NCBI GenBank assembly: GCA_039804165.1
Contig: JBDRZZ010000001.1
Span: 28,962-92,961 of the forward strand
DNA from: a candidate division WOR-3 bacterium
GTDB lineage: Bacteria > Hydrothermota > UBA3072
Length of the DNA: 64,000 nucleotides
Direction: 5' to 3'
Shown: in pieces, positions 60,521 through 64,000 of the stretch
Position numbering within the stretch: the first letter of the stretch is position 1
How the letters are laid out: the number at the start of each line of letters is the position of its first letter
The notes under the pieces: model-generated
What the model was told of the DNA's origin: nothing
What the model saw: only the letters and a program-made list of their open reading frames with translations
Databases searched by the model: none
Made by a program: the position numbers and the translations under genes

Positions 60521-61173
60521 GTTCTTGCAAGACTGCTGATCCAGGCTGGTTGTATATGTTGGAGCGACCCTCTTTAGATAGAGTTGAGTGTAGATACGGT
60601 TATGGATATGTTTATAAAGACGATTCTTTGGGTATTAAATTGACTGCACAGGACTTTGCATTTGAAACTGATGTTATATTAAGGATAGCTACCCCTTTAG
60701 ATAGCATTATAATCTATCCTAACTTTGCATATATTGAATCTCCTCATTTTGTTAATAAGGTACATGTTCCAAAAATGATTGGTATTAAATGTGTTTCCAA
60801 TGACTCATTAATATTTAAGAAGATGTATGAAATTGATGAGATTAAAGGGAAAATTGACTTAGTTAGTTTGGAAGCGTGGCGAGAAGATAGGATAAATATT
60901 AAAGAGTACTATGGGCTTAAGAAAGCAAAGAAAATAAGTAAAGATGAATTTTTGAGACCATATTGTTTGCAGAAGGGGTATTTATTCTCAGTATATTTTA
61001 GCTATAAAAGTTTTGCCATTTATGACGAAAGAAATAATCAGAGAATCCCATTTGGTAGTCCTAATTTCACCCCTGAAAAAAGCGATTTTATTTTTTATTA
61101 TGATATTTACAACAATAATAAGCCATTAACTTTTTATTTCAAACCGACTACTGGTAAGGTTGATGAAGAGTAA
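60517..61173 (+). CDS. Hypothetical protein (218 aa). Candidate orphan immunity protein.
   Basis: Intact ORF downstream of the orphan toxin remnant. No family recognised. Confidence 0.4.
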   Translation: MSSCKTADPGWLYMLERPSLDRVECRYGYGYVYKDDSLGIKLTAQDFAFETDVILRIATPLDSIIIYPNFAYIESPHFVNKVHVPKMIGIKCVSNDSLIFKKMYEIDEIKGKIDLVSLEAWREDRINIKEYYGLKKAKKISKDEFLRPYCLQKGYLFSVYFSYKSFAIYDERNNQRIPFGSPNFTPEKSDFIFYYDIYNNNKPLTFYFKPTTGKVDEE

Positions 61174-61381
61174 AAGACTTCTATCCAAGTGGCTTCTTTG
61201 GATTAAGGAAAATCAGGGAAGATTATTAAAGAGTTATTAGATTTTTTAAATATTGGGAGAGAAAACGTGAAAGGATTATCCTATTGTAAGGATGGAAGGT
61301 TTGGGGGAAAGATATAATAGTCAATAAGCGTTAATCCAAAACTGAACCCTTGCCAATTTAAGAAAATATATTTATCTTTAA

Positions 61382-62452
61382 TTGAAAAGGAGTGATTTTA
61401 TGAAAACAAAAATCCTTAAAAGGTTTTTTCTTGTTTTAAATGGTTTATTTTTTTCTTTCCTTTATGCTGATACCATTTTCTTTCAGGATGGTTACGAGGC
61501 TGGGCAAGATTTTTCTGGTAATTTTATAAACTGGGATGAGACTGAAACTTATGGAGGTGTAGGGGAAGCATATGCAATTGATGATACGGTTATTACTCAT
61601 ACTGGGAAGCATAGTGGTCGTTTCGAATTGTCAGATGGGACTCAAGGTGGATGTGCTTATACATCGAAGGTTATTTCCTGGCCTACTGGGAAAAAGCTTT
61701 GGTATAGTTGTTGGTTACGGAATGGCTCAAAAGAGAAGTCCAATGTTGTCGTGGGTGGGTTGTATTTTATGGAGGCTTATGTTAAGGAGGGTCCTTGGAG
61801 AGATAGAGCAAACTTAGAGACACACCCCCCTCATATGGAAATACCAGATAGTCTGTTTATGTTGAGAATGGCTTATCGTGGTAGAGATGGAGAGCGACAT
61901 CGTCAAGAAGAGAATCTCCAATATATTAGAAGAGAAAAATGGCATCACATTGTGATGTTGGTAGATTTAAGCGGCGAAAATCCTTTTTATGCTTGGTGGT
62001 TGAATGGAGAACTTATCTGGTCTACATATGATAGTTCACAGGGCCAAGATACTTTTCCTCCAACTGAAATTCATTTTGGCGCAACAAATCTTGATTGGTG
62101 GGAAGGGAATAGGGCAGAGGTTTGGATAGATGATTGCCTTGTTACAGACTATTATCCATCTTCTTCGGTTCTTATTGATTCCCAAAAAATTCCTTTAAGC
62201 TTAAAAGTTATTCCCAATCCTATTTTAAGGGTAAGCGAAATAAGGTTTGTAATTCCAGAGGATGGACTAGTTAGTATGGAAGTTTATGATGTATGTGGAA
62301 GAGAGGTTGAGAGAGTTTTTAATAATGTTTTTTACGCTTCAGGGATTCATCGGATAAGTTTAGATTTAAGCAAGTTTTCTTCTGGAATTTATTTTTTTAA
62401 ATTAAGTGCAGGGAGAAGAGAACTAGTTGAAAAGGTTGTCCTTATAAAATGA
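61382..62452 (+). CDS. Secreted ConA-like lectin/glucanase-fold protein with a T9SS C-terminal sorting domain.
   Basis: Signal peptide. Central beta-sandwich-like region ('WHHIVMLVDLSG...WWLNGELIW'). C-terminal 'LKVIPNPILRVSEIRF...GIYFFKLSAGRRELVEKVVLIK' is a T9SS CTD. Confidence 0.5.
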   Translation: MKRSDFMKTKILKRFFLVLNGLFFSFLYADTIFFQDGYEAGQDFSGNFINWDETETYGGVGEAYAIDDTVITHTGKHSGRFELSDGTQGGCAYTSKVISWPTGKKLWYSCWLRNGSKEKSNVVVGGLYFMEAYVKEGPWRDRANLETHPPHMEIPDSLFMLRMAYRGRDGERHRQEENLQYIRREKWHHIVMLVDLSGENPFYAWWLNGELIWSTYDSSQGQDTFPPTEIHFGATNLDWWEGNRAEVWIDDCLVTDYYPSSSVLIDSQKIPLSLKVIPNPILRVSEIRFVIPEDGLVSMEVYDVCGREVERVFNNVFYASGIHRISLDLSKFSSGIYFFKLSAGRRELVEKVVLIK

Positions 62453-62488
62453 AAACTTCCGAGTAGAAACAACTATAGTTTTTGGATT

Positions 62489-63046
62489 TTAAATAGTTAT
62501 GTGTTCTATAACAATTTTAATTCCAATGATTATTAGGATTAATCCTCCAAAGAGTTCCATATTTGTTTTAATGAAATTCCCAATTTTATCTCCAATGTAA
62601 AATCCAATTAGACAAATTATAAAGGTAATCCCACCGATTGTTAAAGCTGGAATGATTATTTTAACCTGTAAGAAGGAAAAGCTCAATCCAATAGCTAAAG
62701 CATCTATACTTGTCGCAATCGAAAGAATGAATAATTCTATAAATGTAATACAATCTTTTTTAATTTCTTCATTGATTCTCCTCGACTTGTAAATCATTTT
62801 TCCTCCAATAAAAGAAAGTAATAAAAAGGCAAACCAATGGTCAAAATTTTGAATATATTTTATAAATGAAAGACCAATGCACCATCCTATCATAGGCATT
62901 AAAGCTTGGAAAAAACCGAAAGAAAAGGCCATTCTAAATGCATGCCGAATTTTTAATTTTTTGATTATAGAACCATTTATTATTGATACGGAGAAAGCGT
63001 CCATTGATAACCCAAAACCGATTCCAAGGAGATTAAAAAAGTTCAT
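62489..63046 (-). CDS. mntP: Manganese efflux pump MntP.
   Basis: 'GLSMDAFSVSI' DUF204 signature, present twice (the second copy is 'ATSIDALAIGLS'). 6 TM segments. Confidence 0.85.
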   Translation of the reverse strand: MNFFNLLGIGFGLSMDAFSVSIINGSIIKKLKIRHAFRMAFSFGFFQALMPMIGWCIGLSFIKYIQNFDHWFAFLLLSFIGGKMIYKSRRINEEIKKDCITFIELFILSIATSIDALAIGLSFSFLQVKIIIPALTIGGITFIICLIGFYIGDKIGNFIKTNMELFGGLILIIIGIKIVIEHITI

Positions 63047-63081
63047 TTTTTAATCTTTATTTTATTTTTTGTTTTTTATCT

Positions 63082-63100
63082 GTCAAGTTTAAAACTTGAC
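63082..63100. promoter_or_regulatory. 19 bp perfect palindrome (GTCAAGTTT-A-AAACTTGAC) in the mntP / BNR-gene divergent intergenic region. Candidate operator overlapping two divergent -35-like hexamers.
   Basis: 9 bp arms are exact reverse complements. The minus strand reads TTGACA and the plus strand reads TTGACT within the arms. Confidence 0.4.
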
Positions 63101-63139
63101 TTTTAAGAGAATGTATGTAATCTTTAAAAGGAGGTGAAA

Positions 63140-64000
63140 ATGAGAAATTTTTTTAAATTTTTAAGTATGTTCTGTATTGCAGTATTCGCTCAATCTGGTT
63201 GGGAACACCAGACAAATCCTCTTGGATATGGGGAAGAGGCAATGATTGGTAAGGTAGAGGCTGTTAGTTCAGGAGGAGATGTTTATGAGGTTTGGATTTC
63301 AACTAGTAGAGGCGCAGGATTTCTTTATACAAATAGCAGTAGTGGTGGAAATTGGATATTAAGGAACTCCTTCCCGAATGACACTGTTTGGTCGTTGTCA
63401 GATCCCTCTATTACAATGTGTTGGGTTAGTCCACTTAGGGGGTGGAAAATAGGGACTGTTGGGATGGGTTTTGAAGATGCAAAGGGTGCGGTTGTTTACA
63501 AAACCATAGATGGAGGAAGTAACTGGGATAAAGTAGGTCTTTCCAATAATCCGGGTGATATGGGTGTTCAAATTCAATTTGTCAATAATATGGTGGGTTG
63601 GGCTTCTATTTTTAATCCAAATAGTGGGATGGCGACGTTTTTAAAAAGTGTTGATGGAGGAAATAACTGGGTTAATATTACTCAAGCTGGGGGCGGACCA
63701 CCAACAGGAGGTATTTTCTATTTTGTAGATGAAAATAATGGTTGGGGAGTTAATAATGCTCACATGGCTTCTCCTCCATACGGAATTATACGGACAACAG
63801 ATGGAGGTTGGAATTGGACAAATCAATATGCCGATCCAAGTGGAACAGGTTTTTCCGCACTACAGTTTGTTGATTTGAATAACGGTTGGGTTGTGGGGGA
63901 GGGCAAGATTTTAAAAACAACTGATGGTGGAGAAAACTGGACATTAATAACCAATACAGGATTGCCAGAAAATACACAATATAGATGTTTGTTCTTTTTG
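63140..64000 (+). CDS. BNR/Asp-box repeat (sialidase-like / Ycf48-like beta-propeller) secreted protein, 3' end outside the window.
   Basis: ATG at about 63140 after GGAGGTG. Signal peptide. Repeated 'TxDGGxNW' motifs (e.g. 'TIDGGSNW', 'SVDGGNNW', 'TTDGGWNW', 'TTDGGENW'). No stop before 64000. Absent from the ORF track because it runs off the window. Confidence 0.6.
   Translation, partial: MRNFFKFLSMFCIAVFAQSGWEHQTNPLGYGEEAMIGKVEAVSSGGDVYEVWISTSRGAGFLYTNSSSGGNWILRNSFPNDTVWSLSDPSITMCWVSPLRGWKIGTVGMGFEDAKGAVVYKTIDGGSNWDKVGLSNNPGDMGVQIQFVNNMVGWASIFNPNSGMATFLKSVDGGNNWVNITQAGGGPPTGGIFYFVDENNGWGVNNAHMASPPYGIIRTTDGGWNWTNQYADPSGTGFSALQFVDLNNGWVVGEGKILKTTDGGENWTLITNTGLPENTQYRCLFFL

Noticed and set aside
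61184-61204. Hairpin ATCCAA-N9-TTGGAT after the 218 aa ORF as a rho-independent terminator.
   Set aside because: The 6 bp stem has a mismatch-prone extension and no downstream U-tract.
63047-63139. yybP-ykoY Mn riboswitch upstream of mntP.
   Set aside because: The leader is only about 90 nt, AT-rich, and lacks the conserved GC-rich helices. A palindromic operator is present instead.
1-64000. CRISPR arrays and tRNA/rRNA genes.
   Set aside because: There are no regularly spaced direct repeats. All intergenic gaps are short and AT-rich and lack GC-rich cloverleaf or rRNA-like segments.

Overview
This 64 kb window is low-GC (roughly 30-35% by eye) bacterial chromosome, densely packed on both strands. 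I could not assign the organism beyond noting that three secreted proteins end in T9SS-type C-terminal sorting domains, which suggests an FCB-group-like bacterium. Most of the window is housekeeping. It includes hppA, purE-purC, a surface-glycan cluster (GT2, GT2, sugar transferase, TPR), the dnaG-rpoD operon, gpsA, purH, a glycoside-hydrolase cluster (GH10, CapA, GH140-like, GDPD), uppP, dapA/dapB/glnA, and a 9.7 kb chain of overlapping housekeeping genes from rpsR to ispD. A type IV pilus / T2SS-like secretin cluster follows.

Two accessory regions stand out.

(1) Positions 1-6115 hold a tightly coupled, compositionally distinct (about 43% GC) three-gene putative defence locus. It consists of a DUF3883-type helicase C-terminus (cut by the window edge), a DUF1156 Zn-ribbon N6-adenine methyltransferase, and a DUF499 P-loop ATPase. 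I recall this trio being predicted computationally as a restriction-modification-like module but I am not aware of experimental characterisation.

(2) Positions 51.9-61.2 kb hold a polymorphic-toxin locus. A roughly 2000 aa RHS/YD-repeat protein is interrupted by a single in-frame TAA. It carries a CBM-like jelly-roll insert and a C-terminal domain with an L,D-transpeptidase (YkuD)-like His/Cys motif, so it may be a peptidoglycan-targeting toxin. A lipoprotein immunity candidate follows. Next comes an IS200/RAYT-family tyrosine transposase fused to a DnaA domain-IV-like HTH and flanked by perfect 23 bp inverted repeats. After that lie an orphan HExxH toxin remnant and a translationally coupled small-ORF plus candidate immunity gene.

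No rRNA, tRNA or CRISPR array was found. Coordinates that I derived by hand (promoters, repeats, motifs) may be off by 1-2 nt.
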